The notes under the pieces: generated by a model | Database searches by the model: none | Told to the model about the DNA's origin: nothing | Seen by the model: the letters and a program-made list of their open reading frames with translations, nothing else | Part shown: piece after piece, positions 54,354-63,968 of the stretch | How the letters are laid out: each line of letters begins with the position of its first letter | Numbering within the stretch: position 1 is the first letter of the stretch | Program-made: the position numbers and the translations under genes | Assembly (NCBI GenBank): GCA_965261595.1 | Contig: CBDHDG010000006.1 | Span: forward strand, 1,088,001 to 1,152,000 | Direction: 5' to 3' | DNA length: 64,000 bases | From: a bacterium | GTDB taxonomy: Bacteria; UBA8248; JACPRG01; G963555815

Positions 54354-54980
54354 ATGGTCGATTCAGCAGGGCCTTGCGGCATTGTCCTGGCCGCGGGACT
54401 GTCCCGCCGGCTCGGCCGGAACAAGCTCCTTCTCCCCATGGGCCTGAAGCCCATTGTCGTCTGGACGGTGGAGAACGCGTTGGCCTCCCCCCTGGATGAG
54501 GTCATCGTCGTCACCGGGCACCAGAACGAGGCCGTCGAGGCCGCGATTCGCCACCTCCCGGTGCGGATCGTCCACAATCCCGATTACGCCGAGGGCCAGT
54601 CCACATCCCTGAAAGCCGGCGTCCGGGGATCGTCTCCTTGGACCGAAGGGTTCATTTTCTTCCTCGGGGACCAGCCCCTCATCGGCGCCGACATCGTAAC
54701 GGCCCTTCTCGAGCGTTTCCGGCGCGATCACCCCTTGCTTGTCGCACCCGTCTTCGCGGGCAAGCAGGGAAACCCGGTCCTGATCAGCGCCAAGCTGCGC
54801 AGGGAGCTCCTGGCCCTGACCGGGGACGCCGGCGCCCGTCCTCTCATCGAAAGACACGCGGACGCGCTGGCCACGGTTGAAATCAATCAACCGGCGATCA
54901 GAATGGACATTGATCGCGAAGAGGATTACGAAGCGTGCCTGGCGTTGTTCGAAACCAGCCCGGTTCTGCCTTCCCCCTGA
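54354..54980 (+). CDS. mocA: Molybdenum cofactor cytidylyltransferase
   Basis: LAAGLSRR.G.NKLLL, LGDQP, GNPV, GDAGAR, DID. Confidence 0.88.
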   Translation: MVDSAGPCGIVLAAGLSRRLGRNKLLLPMGLKPIVVWTVENALASPLDEVIVVTGHQNEAVEAAIRHLPVRIVHNPDYAEGQSTSLKAGVRGSSPWTEGFIFFLGDQPLIGADIVTALLERFRRDHPLLVAPVFAGKQGNPVLISAKLRRELLALTGDAGARPLIERHADALATVEINQPAIRMDIDREEDYEACLALFETSPVLPSP

Positions 54981-55000
54981 GCCGGTCATCCCCTTGAATC

Positions 55001-57304
55001 TCAGGAGTCTTCGGTGAGCCCCGCCTTCCCGCGGAGGGCTGTCAGAACTTTCTGCGGGGTGAAGGGCAGCGATTTGATCCGGACGCCGACGGCGTCGTAA
55101 ATGGCGTTGCCGATGGCCGCCGCCACCGGATCGATGGCCGTCTCCGACGCCCCTTTGGCCCCGTACGGGCCATTGGGCTCGTAGGTCTCGATCAGGGCGC
55201 TGTGCACCTTTTCCGGAAGGCACTCGGCCTTGGGGAGGGTGTAATCGGCGAAGTTCCCGTTCACCACCTGGCCGGCGTCGAGGATCCAGTTCTCGTACAT
55301 GGCGTACCCCATGCCCTGCATGACGGCGCCCTGGATTTGCCCTTCGACGGTGAGGGGGTTCAGGGTCCTGCCGACATCGTCCGCCACCCAAAAATTCAGG
55401 ATCTTCACCTGCCCCGTTTCGATGTCCACTTCCACTTCGGCGGCCTGAGAGCAGAAGGTGTACCCGGGCGAGACGTTCCCGTAGCGGTTCTTGTCGGCCA
55501 TTTCCGTGGGGTTGTCGACCGCCACGGAGACGGAGATGGGGATGCCTCCTTGCCGGAACATGCCGTCTTTGCACACCTCGCCGACGGTCAGGCGCCGCTC
55601 GGGCGCTCCCTTGACGTGGACGATCCCCTCGCGGATTTCCAGGTCCGACCGGTCCGCTTCCAGTTGTTCCGCGGCGGCCTCCAGGATTTGCTCCCGGGCC
55701 TCGGCGGCCGCCTTCTTGACCGCGTTGCCCGCGACCATGGTCAGCCGGCTGGCAAAGCCTCCCATGCACATGGGCGTCAGGTCGGTGTCGGGTTTGCTGA
55801 CGTCGATGTCCGCGATGCGAAGGCCCATCTCCTCGGCGCAGATCAGGGAGAAGACCGTCGAGGCCCCCTGGCCGATGTCCCCTTCGCCGATGATCAGGTT
55901 GACCCGGCCGTCCGGGTTCATCTTCACCGTCGCGGACGAGCCGTCCCAGTTGGTGTAATGGCGGTTTCCGCTCACGTGAATCGCGTTGGCCATCCCGATG
56001 CCGCGCCGCTTGACGCCGCCGCCCGCGCCGCGCGCCCGGTTCTGAACGATGCGGCTCCCATCGGCGACGAACCGGATGCATTCGGTCAGGCCGCAGCTGC
56101 TCATCTTCCAGCCGTGGATGCTCGTCTCGCCGGTTTTGATGGCGTTGACGAGGCGGATCTCCACCGGGTCCATCCCGATCTGCTCAGCCAGGTGATCCAG
56201 GGCCGACTCGAACGCGAAGATCATCTGAGGGTTTCCCAGACCCCGGAACGCGCCGGACGGCAGGCGGTTCGTGTAAACCAGCCGGGCGCGCGTCTTGAGG
56301 TTCCGCATGCGGTAGGCGTTGTCGATCCGCATGGCGGTGACGTTCATGATCTTCGCGCTCCGGCCGGTGTAGGCCCCGCAGTTGGAGATGATGTCGGTCT
56401 CCTTCGCGCAGATCGTTCCGTCCTTGCGGACCCCCATCTTGATGGTGATGACGGCCGGGACCCGGGGGCGGGTGCCCAGAAACTCTTCCGTCCGGGTGTT
56501 GCAGAGCTTGACGGGCTTCTTCGCCGCAATGGCCAAAAGCGCGCAAAGTTGGGCGTTGGGGTCGTCGTTCAGCTTGCCGCCGAAGGCGCCGCCCACATAG
56601 GGCTGTATCACCCGGACCCGGGACTCGGGGATTCCCAGGACCTTGGAGATTCGGCTGCGGGCGAAGTAGACCGACTGGCAGCTCGGCCAGACGGTCACCT
56701 TGCCCGAGACGTCCACGTCGGCCACGGCGCCGACGGTCTCCATGAATGCCAGATACTGGTTGGGGGTCCGGTAGGTGTCCTCATAGACAGCGGCGGCCTC
56801 CCCCCAGCCTTTTTCGACGTCCCCCCGCTCTAAGCGGGTCTCCCAGGCCAGGTTGCCGGGCCACTCGTCGTGGACATGGGGCGCGCCCGGCTCGAGGGCC
56901 TCGATTTGATCGAGGACGTAGGGCAGCGGCTCATACTCGACTTCGATGAGCTCCAGGGCTTCGAGGGCCGTGGCCTCGTCTATGGCCGCGACCGCCGCCA
57001 CCTCCTCCCCCATGAACCGGACCTTCCCGCAGGCCAGGGCCGTCTGGTCGTTGTTCTCGTGCCCCCACTTGATCTGCGGAATGTCGTCCCAGGTCAGGAC
57101 CGTCTTTACGCCCGGAAGCTTCCGGGCGCGGGAGACATCGAGCCTGGTGATGCGGGCGTGGGCGTGCGGACTGCGGAGCAGCTTGCCGATCAACATCCCC
57201 GGAAGGACGAGATCCGGCGCGTAATCGGCCGCGCCCAGCACCTTCTGCGGGGAGTCGACCATGGGGTGGGGCTTGCCGAGAAGCGTAAAGCCGTTTTCAC
57301 TCAT
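55001..57304 (-). CDS. Xanthine dehydrogenase family molybdopterin-binding subunit
   Basis: RSPHAHA, VGGAFGGK, AFRGLG.PQ, GQG, ASR, GQIQG, GAKGASE. Confidence 0.93.
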   Translation of the reverse strand: MSENGFTLLGKPHPMVDSPQKVLGAADYAPDLVLPGMLIGKLLRSPHAHARITRLDVSRARKLPGVKTVLTWDDIPQIKWGHENNDQTALACGKVRFMGEEVAAVAAIDEATALEALELIEVEYEPLPYVLDQIEALEPGAPHVHDEWPGNLAWETRLERGDVEKGWGEAAAVYEDTYRTPNQYLAFMETVGAVADVDVSGKVTVWPSCQSVYFARSRISKVLGIPESRVRVIQPYVGGAFGGKLNDDPNAQLCALLAIAAKKPVKLCNTRTEEFLGTRPRVPAVITIKMGVRKDGTICAKETDIISNCGAYTGRSAKIMNVTAMRIDNAYRMRNLKTRARLVYTNRLPSGAFRGLGNPQMIFAFESALDHLAEQIGMDPVEIRLVNAIKTGETSIHGWKMSSCGLTECIRFVADGSRIVQNRARGAGGGVKRRGIGMANAIHVSGNRHYTNWDGSSATVKMNPDGRVNLIIGEGDIGQGASTVFSLICAEEMGLRIADIDVSKPDTDLTPMCMGGFASRLTMVAGNAVKKAAAEAREQILEAAAEQLEADRSDLEIREGIVHVKGAPERRLTVGEVCKDGMFRQGGIPISVSVAVDNPTEMADKNRYGNVSPGYTFCSQAAEVEVDIETGQVKILNFWVADDVGRTLNPLTVEGQIQGAVMQGMGYAMYENWILDAGQVVNGNFADYTLPKAECLPEKVHSALIETYEPNGPYGAKGASETAIDPVAAAIGNAIYDAVGVRIKSLPFTPQKVLTALRGKAGLTEDS

Positions 57305-57857
57305 CCGCGGAAATCCTCCGGCGGCGTCCTCCGAGGCGGAAGCGCCCGAATCAGGCTCGTCATCGAGGGAAAAATCAACCGCCGCCGCGGGCGGGCTCTC
57401 ATCGTCTTGTGTAGTGCATCAAAAACAGGAGATGCAGGCGGGCAAGGGGTCAACCGACCCGCGCCCGCCCCACCTGTTTGAAAATGCCAGCTTCCCTCCG
57501 ATCCGGTAGGCCGGGCGTTTGGATCGGTGGACCCGTTGCCCGGCCGCAAGGGAGAATTCGGGCCTCGATAAGTAAACCGGGATTTCCCAGATGACCACTT
57601 TTAGCCATCCTGGTGTCCTAGTGTAACATCAAGCTCCTCCATTTTACCGCTAATTCAGGGTCTCTTTACTGCACCCTCCGCTCAATCGAGAGGCTATGGC
57701 CGTCTTAAAGGCGGTTCGGCCACAAGGCCGCTCGGCTGTACCCATGCTTGGGAAGGAGGGTTCAAACACCGAAAGGACCGCTAGGCTAAATTTGCACCTT
57801 GAGAAAACCGTCCAAGATGGACTCCCTCTGGCCCCGAAAACGACCCGGGCTTGGGAT

Positions 57858-58118
57858 TCAAGAAAGCTGCGCGGGTTGGCTCCGAAGGGATTTTCGGTAG
57901 AGGAAGATCGCCACTGACCATAGCGACAGAAAGAGGTGTGTGAGTGTGGGAAACATCGCCGAGACGCCCATAAGGAATCCGAAGTAGATGTTCTTAATAT
58001 GCTCGGGCTTTGAGGGGTTTTGGACGGCGTCCACCAGTTTCTTTTGGTAGATCTGGTTCCTGACGGCGAGCGTATCGACCGCCTTCGGCTCGGGTGCGAC
58101 ATTGGTTGAGACGACAGC
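57858..58118 (-). pseudogene. C-terminal fragment of a membrane protein truncated by IS copy 2
   Basis: 87-codon frame open from the IS end: AVVSTNVAPE...IYFGFLMGVSAMFPTLTHLFLSLWSVAIFLYRK...*; hydrophobic tail, no start. Confidence 0.5.
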
Positions 58119-58164
58119 TGGACCGCCCCTGGGTTATTGGACACTCGGGTGAGGGTATTCGACC

Positions 58165-59073
58165 TCATGCGGCCTCCGCAACTTGAGCGAGTTTTTCCTG
58201 CCTTGCCTGGGCCGGCGTTCGGTAGCCGTAGCCCTCGAGAATCCAATGATGGTTGTACAGGTTCTTGAACTCAAGCAGCGCCCACCGCAGTTCCTCTACG
58301 GTGGCGAAAGAGCGCACCCACAGGAGATTCTCCTTCAAGATGCGGATAAACCACTCACAGTAGCCATTTCCCTCGGGCGCCCGCACGAAGCTGGGCGAAC
58401 TGGTCATGCCCAGGTAGGCGATCTCCCGCTGAAAGTCATCGGACAGATAGGCGGGGCCGTGGTCGTGACGAACTTTAAGCCCCTCGGCGACGTCCGCCTC
58501 CAAGCCGGCGAAGCGCTCGGCGACCCCCTGCCGGATCGGCTCCAGGGCCTCGAAGCGGTTGCCGCTCTTGGCCGCATGGATCCCCACGCAGTCCACCGAG
58601 CAGTGATCCACCGCCACGAACACCGAGGCCACCCCCTCCTCGGTGGTCACCGTCGTCGTCATGTCCGTGCCCCACATTCGGTCGGGCCGCTCGGTGCGGA
58701 TGGTCCCGTTGTGGGCCTTGGGACCTCGGGGTTTGCCCACCCGGTGGGGGGCCTGAAGCCCCGCCTCCCGCATCAGGCGACGCATCCGCTCCTTGCTGGT
58801 GCGGATGCCCGCGAAGCGCAGCCTCGCCCACACCTTGCGGTAGCCCTCGCCATGGAAGGGAGAGTCCTCCAGGACCTGCCGGATGTGGCCGAGGAGTTCC
58901 GCATCGGTGCACGGGCCCACAGGGCCGCGCTTATTGGGCGTGGGGCGTTCATGAACGGGGACCGCCTCTCGCCGCCGTTGCGCGTAGACCGTGGAGCGCG
59001 CCAAGCCCCAAAGGGCGCACACCCGCTTCAGGCCGTAGGCTCTGCCCGTGGAGGTGAAGCGGGCCTGACTCAT
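58165..59073 (-). CDS. IS3-family transposase OrfB (intact DDE)
   Basis: WGTDMT, DHG, EWFIRILK. Confidence 0.88.
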   Translation of the reverse strand: MSQARFTSTGRAYGLKRVCALWGLARSTVYAQRRREAVPVHERPTPNKRGPVGPCTDAELLGHIRQVLEDSPFHGEGYRKVWARLRFAGIRTSKERMRRLMREAGLQAPHRVGKPRGPKAHNGTIRTERPDRMWGTDMTTTVTTEEGVASVFVAVDHCSVDCVGIHAAKSGNRFEALEPIRQGVAERFAGLEADVAEGLKVRHDHGPAYLSDDFQREIAYLGMTSSPSFVRAPEGNGYCEWFIRILKENLLWVRSFATVEELRWALLEFKNLYNHHWILEGYGYRTPAQARQEKLAQVAEAA

Positions 59074-59456
59074 CGCCTCCACCTCCTGCCGGCTAAAGGG
59101 CGGCCGGCCTCCAGGCGGTCGATCTTCTCCCGCAGGACCTCGCCCTCCATCGTGAGTTCGCCCACCTTGGCCTTGAGCCGGGCGTTCTCCTCGTCCCGCT
59201 CATCCGCCGGGCGGGCTTTGAGCGCCGCCTCGCCCGCGCGAAGGAACGCCTCGCGCCAGGCGGAAAGCCGAGCCGCTGTCGTGCCCAACTCGCGGCAGAG
59301 CGTCTCCAGGCTCTCGCCCCGCAAAAGACGCAGGACCGCCTCCCGCTTGCGCTGGCAGGAGAACCGACCCCGCTCACTGCGATGCCCTGGGGCCTTGGCT
59401 CCGTTCGCCCTGCGGGCGCCCTCCGCCAAAGCCCCCTCTTGCTTTTGTTCGTTCAT
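59070..59456 (-). CDS. IS3-family OrfA (in frame in this copy)
   Basis: MNEQKQ...RKREAVLRLLRGESLE...RLKAKVGELTME continuous. Confidence 0.8.
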   Translation of the reverse strand: MNEQKQEGALAEGARRANGAKAPGHRSERGRFSCQRKREAVLRLLRGESLETLCRELGTTAARLSAWREAFLRAGEAALKARPADERDEENARLKAKVGELTMEGEVLREKIDRLEAGRPLAGRRWRR

Positions 59457-59522
59457 CGCGACACCCCTTTCTCCATGAATCATGGATCAATCGAGTGTCC
59501 AACAAAACCCTAGAGCGGGGGA

Positions 59523-60157
59523 GAGAGAACTTCGCATGTCTCCCCTGGAATATTGTGACCGCCGTAATTAATTACATCCGGTACATTCTCCATAAGTATT
59601 TCTATAGGTTGAAGCTCTTTTACATAATGCAAATACCTCAAGTAAAGATTCGCCCGGGGATCCTGTTTGAACGCTTTTGGGTGGGTTGCTACCTCTCGAA
59701 GTTTTGCTCTTCCAACTCTCGCAAACGCCTGACAGGGAGGGCCACCAATAATTACATCAACTGCGCTTTCCTTCTTCGCAAACCCAAACTCAATCATTAA
59801 AGCGTCAGGCTCCACTCCGATTATGTCCCGCGGCCTAGCATGAATCTCTTTCAAATTAGGTGGCGAGTTGTTGTGGAAATTCAGAGCGTATGATTCTGCA
59901 GCAGGCGGATCAAGTTCAACTCCGCAAATAAGATTGAATCCAGCGCTGTGGAATCCGAGAGAAAGTCCACCGCATCCTGCGAACAGATCTAAGACACGTG
60001 GCTTACCACCCTGCGTTATTCTCTTCACCTTTTCTATCTTCGGATTTCGGCTCACGTCATTTCCAATAGTCAATTGGATTCCAATGCCAGTTGAAAGTTT
60101 TGTCTCACTTATGCCCGAGGTTTCCTCGTTTGTCAACGAGATTTTGAGGAAATTCAA
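59523..60157 (-). pseudogene. dcm: DNA (cytosine-5) methyltransferase, N-terminal half, truncated by IS; true start probably near 60055
   Basis: Motif I LDLFAGCGG, motif IV GGPPCQ, motif VI MENVP; frame runs into the IS end; AT-rich. Confidence 0.9.
60108..60136 (-). promoter_or_regulatory. Putative promoter of the methyltransferase
   Basis: TTGACA-N17-CATAAG on minus strand. Confidence 0.35.
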
Positions 60158-60164
60158 GATGGGA

Positions 60165-60214
60165 GAAAAGGGGTCGGGAATCTATCCTGACCGAATAAGA
60201 CTCCCGACCTTTTC
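60165..60214. repeat. REP-like hairpin
   Basis: AAAAGGGGTCGGGAATCT ... AGACTCCCGACCTTTT inverted repeat. Confidence 0.6.
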
Positions 60215-60271
60215 TTTTCAACCGGTGGATCGCCCCTGGGTTATTGGACACTCGGGTGAGGGTATTCGACC

Positions 60272-61180
60272 TCATGCGGCCTCCGCAACTTGAGCGAGTT
60301 TTTCCTGCCTTGCCTGGGCCGGCGTTCGGTAGCCGTAGCCCTCGAGAATCCAATGATGGTTGTACAGGTTCTTGAACTCAAGCAGCGCCCACCGCAGTTC
60401 CTCTACGGTGGCGAAAGAGCGCACCCACAGGAGATTCTCCTTCAAGATGCGGATAAACCACTCACAGTAGCCATTTCCCTCGGGCGCCCGCACGAAGCTG
60501 GGCGAACTGGTCATGCCCAGGTAGGCGATCTCCCGCTGAAAGTCATCGGACAGATAGGCGGGGCCGTGGTCGTGACGAACTTTAAGCCCCTCGGCGACGT
60601 CCGCCTCCAAGCCGGCGAAGCGCTCGGCGACCCCCTGCCGGATCGGCTCCAGGGCCTCGAAGCGGTTGCCGCTCTTGGCCGCATGGATCCCCACGCAGTC
60701 CACCGAGCAGTGATCCACCGCCACGAACACCGAGGCCACCCCCTCCTCGGTGGTCACCGTCGTCGTCATGTCCGTGCCCCACATTCGGTCGGGCCGCTCG
60801 GTGCGGATGGTCCCGTTGTGGGCCTTGGGACCTCGGGGTTTGCCCACCCGGTGGGGGGCCTGAAGCCCCGCCTCCCGCATCAGGCGACGCACCCGCTCCT
60901 TGCTGGTGCGGATGCCCGCGAAGCGCAGCCTCGCCCACACCTTGCGGTAGCCCTCGCCATGGAAGGGAGAGTCCTCCAGGACCTGCCGGATGTGGCCGAG
61001 GAGTTCCGCATCGGTGCACGGGCCCACAGGGCCGCGCTTATTGGGCGTGGGGCGTTCATGAACGGGGACCGCCTCTCGCCGCCGTTGCGCGTAGACCGTG
61101 GAGCGCGCCAAGCCCCAAAGGGCGCACACCCGCTTCAGGCCGTAGGCTCTGCCCGTGGAGGTGAAGCGGGCCTGACTCAT
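60272..61180 (-). CDS. IS3-family transposase OrfB (intact DDE)
   Basis: WGTDMT, DHG, EWFIRILK. Confidence 0.88.
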   Translation of the reverse strand: MSQARFTSTGRAYGLKRVCALWGLARSTVYAQRRREAVPVHERPTPNKRGPVGPCTDAELLGHIRQVLEDSPFHGEGYRKVWARLRFAGIRTSKERVRRLMREAGLQAPHRVGKPRGPKAHNGTIRTERPDRMWGTDMTTTVTTEEGVASVFVAVDHCSVDCVGIHAAKSGNRFEALEPIRQGVAERFAGLEADVAEGLKVRHDHGPAYLSDDFQREIAYLGMTSSPSFVRAPEGNGYCEWFIRILKENLLWVRSFATVEELRWALLEFKNLYNHHWILEGYGYRTPAQARQEKLAQVAEAA

Positions 61181-61564
61181 CGCCTCCACCTCCTGCCGGC
61201 TAAAGGGCGGCCGGCCTCCAGGCGGTCGATCTTCTCCCGCAGGACCTCGCCCTCCATCGTGAGTTCGCCCACCTTGGCCTTGAGCCGGGCGTTCTCCTCG
61301 TCCCGCTCATCCGCCGGGCGGGCTTTGAGCGCCGCCTCGCCCCCGCGAAGGAACGCCTCGCGCCAGGCGGAAAGCCGAGCCGCTGTCGTGCCCAACTCGC
61401 GGCAGAGCGTCTCCAGGCTCTCGCCCCGCAAAAGACGCAGGACCGCCTCCCGCTTGCGCCTGGCAGGAGAACCGACCCCGCTCACTGCGATGCCCTGGGG
61501 CCTTGGCTCCGTTCGCCCTGCGGGCGCCCTCCGCCAAAGCCCCCTCTTGCTTTTGTTCGTTCAT
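61177..61564 (-). pseudogene. IS3-family OrfA, same frameshift as copy 1
   Basis: One extra base relative to copy 2 near 61460. Confidence 0.7.
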
Positions 61565-61693
61565 CGCGACACCCCTTTCTCCATGAATCATGGATCAATC
61601 GAGTGTCCAACAAAACCCTAGAGCGGGGGACCGGCGTTGTCCCGGATTGCGGCCAAATTCCTCAAAACCCCTTGATCCTCCTTGATTTCCCTC

Positions 61694-61749
61694 CACCGGG
61701 GTCACCAATTCACCGGGGTCACAATTCACCGGGGTCAGGTCTTGAATTA
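61694..61749 (+). repeat. Stuttered CACCGGGGTCA x3 ending in GGGGTCAGGTCTTGAATT
   Basis: Copies at 61694, 61711, 61727 separated by (C)CAATT. Confidence 0.8.
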
Positions 61750-61996
61750 TCAGATTCGGTGTAAATGGTTCCACTACATCCTTTTGGCCTAAGATAACTC
61801 CACTCAAAAAGGAGCGGGGTCCCACATCGAACCTTAGGGGGTGGCTTGCGTCCCTCCAGATTCCATCAAACCTCTTCATCCCCTTGATTCCCCCTCACCG
61901 GCCTCCCATATAATACGAAAAATGCACGAAATTCAAGAGTTGGAGCGGTTGCATGGGGCGCGGTATCATTCAGCCATGACGAGAGGAGGTCTTACG

Positions 61997-62233
61997 ATGA
62001 GGTCATACGTGTTCCCGGTCGCCCTCGAACGCGATGAAGATGTCTGGCGGGCCTACGTACCCCAACTGGAGTCCCGAGGTACGGCCACCTGGGCCCACAC
62101 GAAGGAGGAAGCCCTCAAGAACATCCAGGAGGTCGTCCAGATGGTGGTTGAAGAACTCCTGGAGGACGGCGAGCCGCTTCCGCAGGGCGTAAGGGTCTCG
62201 GATGAGCCGGCCGTTGCCGTGAACGTCGGATGA
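61997..62233 (+). CDS. hicB: HicB family antitoxin
   Basis: Y.FPV.LE.DE..W.AYVP.L...ATWAHTKEEALKNIQE.....VEELLEDGEPLP; GGAGG RBS. Confidence 0.85.
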   Translation: MRSYVFPVALERDEDVWRAYVPQLESRGTATWAHTKEEALKNIQEVVQMVVEELLEDGEPLPQGVRVSDEPAVAVNVG

Positions 62234-62277
62234 TCAACTACTCGAAGCTCCGCTCCCCCACCGGCCTCCCATACTAA
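62230..62277 (+). pseudogene. Truncated HicA-like toxin N-terminus
   Basis: ATGA overlap with hicB stop; MINYSKLRSPTGLPY* resembles a HicA start, then stops. Confidence 0.5.
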
Positions 62278-62328
62278 CCCCATTCTCAAGACGTGTCCCC
62301 ACCTCCCACAAAGAGTCGGACGCCGCCT

Positions 62329-63051
62329 ATGGCGCGTGGAACCTGCTTTCCCATCCGCCGCATGGTGGAGACGGGGGTGTCGGACGCCGCGCCAGCGCGC
62401 CGCGCCAGCGCATGGCTCCTGCTGGCCTTGGTGGTTGTCGCGTGTTCAGCCGAGCGGGCCGGTCCGCTCCGTCCGGAAACCGACCGCCTCCCTTCCACCG
62501 CCGAAAGACGCACGATCTTCGTCACCTCAAACGGCTGGCACAGCAGCATCGTCCTCGCCCGGGCCGACCTGCCCCCGGGCCGCATTCCCGAGGCCGCCGA
62601 CTTCGCAAAAGCCCGATTCTTGGAATTCGGCTGGGGCGATGCCGAGTACTATCCGGCGAAGAATGTGACCCTCGGCATGACGCTCCGCGCGGCGGTGACG
62701 CCGACGCCGTCCGTCGTTCACGTCGCCGGAATGGCCGTCGCCCCGGGGCGGCGTTATCCGGGCACCGAGGTCGTCCCCCTTGCGCTCGATGCCAAGAGGC
62801 TGGGCCGTCTCGTCGATTTCATCGACGCAACCTTCGACCGTCGTGGCCGGACGCGGGCTACCTCAACCGGGCCGGGGCTTTACCCGGACAGCCGGTTCTA
62901 TCCCGCCACAGGCCAATTCCACCTTCTCAATACGTGCAACACATGGACGGCAAGTGGCTTGGCGGCCGCGGGTTTCGACGTGGCCGACCCGGGAATGGCA
63001 CGCGCCGAAGCCCTGATGCGTCAGGTGCGCCGGCTCCGCAAGCGCCGGTGA
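62329..63051 (+). CDS. DUF2459 family lipoprotein; start uncertain
   Basis: Lipobox VVAC, NGWHSSIV, FGWGD..YY, FHLLNTCNTW. Confidence 0.8.
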   Translation: MARGTCFPIRRMVETGVSDAAPARRASAWLLLALVVVACSAERAGPLRPETDRLPSTAERRTIFVTSNGWHSSIVLARADLPPGRIPEAADFAKARFLEFGWGDAEYYPAKNVTLGMTLRAAVTPTPSVVHVAGMAVAPGRRYPGTEVVPLALDAKRLGRLVDFIDATFDRRGRTRATSTGPGLYPDSRFYPATGQFHLLNTCNTWTASGLAAAGFDVADPGMARAEALMRQVRRLRKRR

Positions 63052-63154
63052 TGCCGATCCGGTCCCCCGCCGGATTCCTTCAAACTCCTTCAATCCGCTT
63101 GATTTCCACCCACTGGGCTCCCTTGCCATGCGAAAATAAACCGACAACAAGCCA

Positions 63155-63378
63155 ATCCACAGATTACATAGATTACGCAGATTGGAGAAGGCTAAGAACC
63201 GAAAGACGAGGCGATCCACAGACATCGTCCCCACGCAGGTGGGGATTACGCCGGTTGAGTGGGGGTAAATATCAGGGGCGCGAAGCGAGATTCCTCGTCG
63301 GGGCAGAGCCCCTCTGTCGGAATGACAATACAGGGATGTCGATCACGGATTTTTCAAAATCTGTGAAATCTGTGGATA
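63155..63378. repeat. Nested REP/MITE-like palindromes between convergent genes
   Basis: ATCCACAGATT...AATCTGTGGAT outer inverted repeat; inner TCCCCAC-GCAG-GTGGGGA and GAGATTCCTCG...CGGAATGACA units. Confidence 0.65.
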
Positions 63379-63411
63379 AATAAGGAAGCGATGGGTTTTA
63401 GGGTTTTGACG

Positions 63412-63891
63412 CTACGGTCCGCCCCATTCGTCGGGGACGGCTTTGCTGTCGCGTTTGGGGATCAGGACGTGGCGGCGAAGGGAGAGGACCTTCTCGCCCT
63501 TCTGGTTGTACGCCCGGGTCTCTACGTACACGATCCCCCGGTCCGGCTTGCTCTTGGACTCTCTGACGTCCAGGACCTCGGATTCCGAGTAAATCGTGTC
63601 GCTGTTGAAGACCGGGCCGTGGTGGACGATGTTCTCGTAGTCCAGGTTCGCGATGCACTTCTCGCTCACGTCCGAGACGCTCATCCCCACGGCGATGGAG
63701 AAGACCAGCGTCCCGTTGACCAGGATTTTTCCGATCTCTGTCTTCGCGGCGTAGTGGGCGTCCATGTGGACCGGGTGGGTGTTCATCGTCAGAAGGGTGA
63801 ACCAGGTGTTGTCGGCCTCGGTGATTGTCCGGCCGGGGGTGTGCTTGTAGACGTCGCCAACGCTGAATTCTTCCAGGTGTCTTCCGCCCAT
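63412..63891 (-). CDS. MaoC family dehydratase
   Basis: EEFSVG...H.PGRTITEADN..F..LTMN.HPVH.D; GGAGGAG RBS. Confidence 0.9.
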   Translation of the reverse strand: MGGRHLEEFSVGDVYKHTPGRTITEADNTWFTLLTMNTHPVHMDAHYAAKTEIGKILVNGTLVFSIAVGMSVSDVSEKCIANLDYENIVHHGPVFNSDTIYSESEVLDVRESKSKPDRGIVYVETRAYNQKGEKVLSLRRHVLIPKRDSKAVPDEWGGP

Positions 63892-63946
63892 TTTGTTTCT
63901 CCTCCGACGAAACGGCTCATCAACAATATCGCGGACCAGGGAACCG

Positions 63947-63968
63947 GCGGGCAAGATGCCCGCCCTAC
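63947..63968 (-). repeat. GTAG-type REP element
   Basis: Reverse complement GTAGGGCGGGCATCTTGCCCGC. Confidence 0.8.

Larger units (their letters stand above)
58119..59522 (-). mobile_element. IS3-family element A, copy 2 (1404 bp)
   Basis: Near-identical to 23074-24478; flanks CAGC vs GAGA, no target duplication. Confidence 0.92.
60226..61630 (-). mobile_element. IS3-family element A, copy 3 (1405 bp)
   Basis: Same IRs; 4-bp target duplication CCGG (60222-60225 / 61631-61634). Confidence 0.92.

Noticed and set aside
58119..61630. Composite transposon of IS copies 2 and 3 carrying dcm
   Set aside because: Outer flanks (CAGC / CCGG) differ and copy 3 has its own target duplication, so it inserted independently
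61694..61737. CRISPR or iteron array
   Set aside because: Only 11-bp units with 5-6 bp constant spacers; no cas or rep gene nearby
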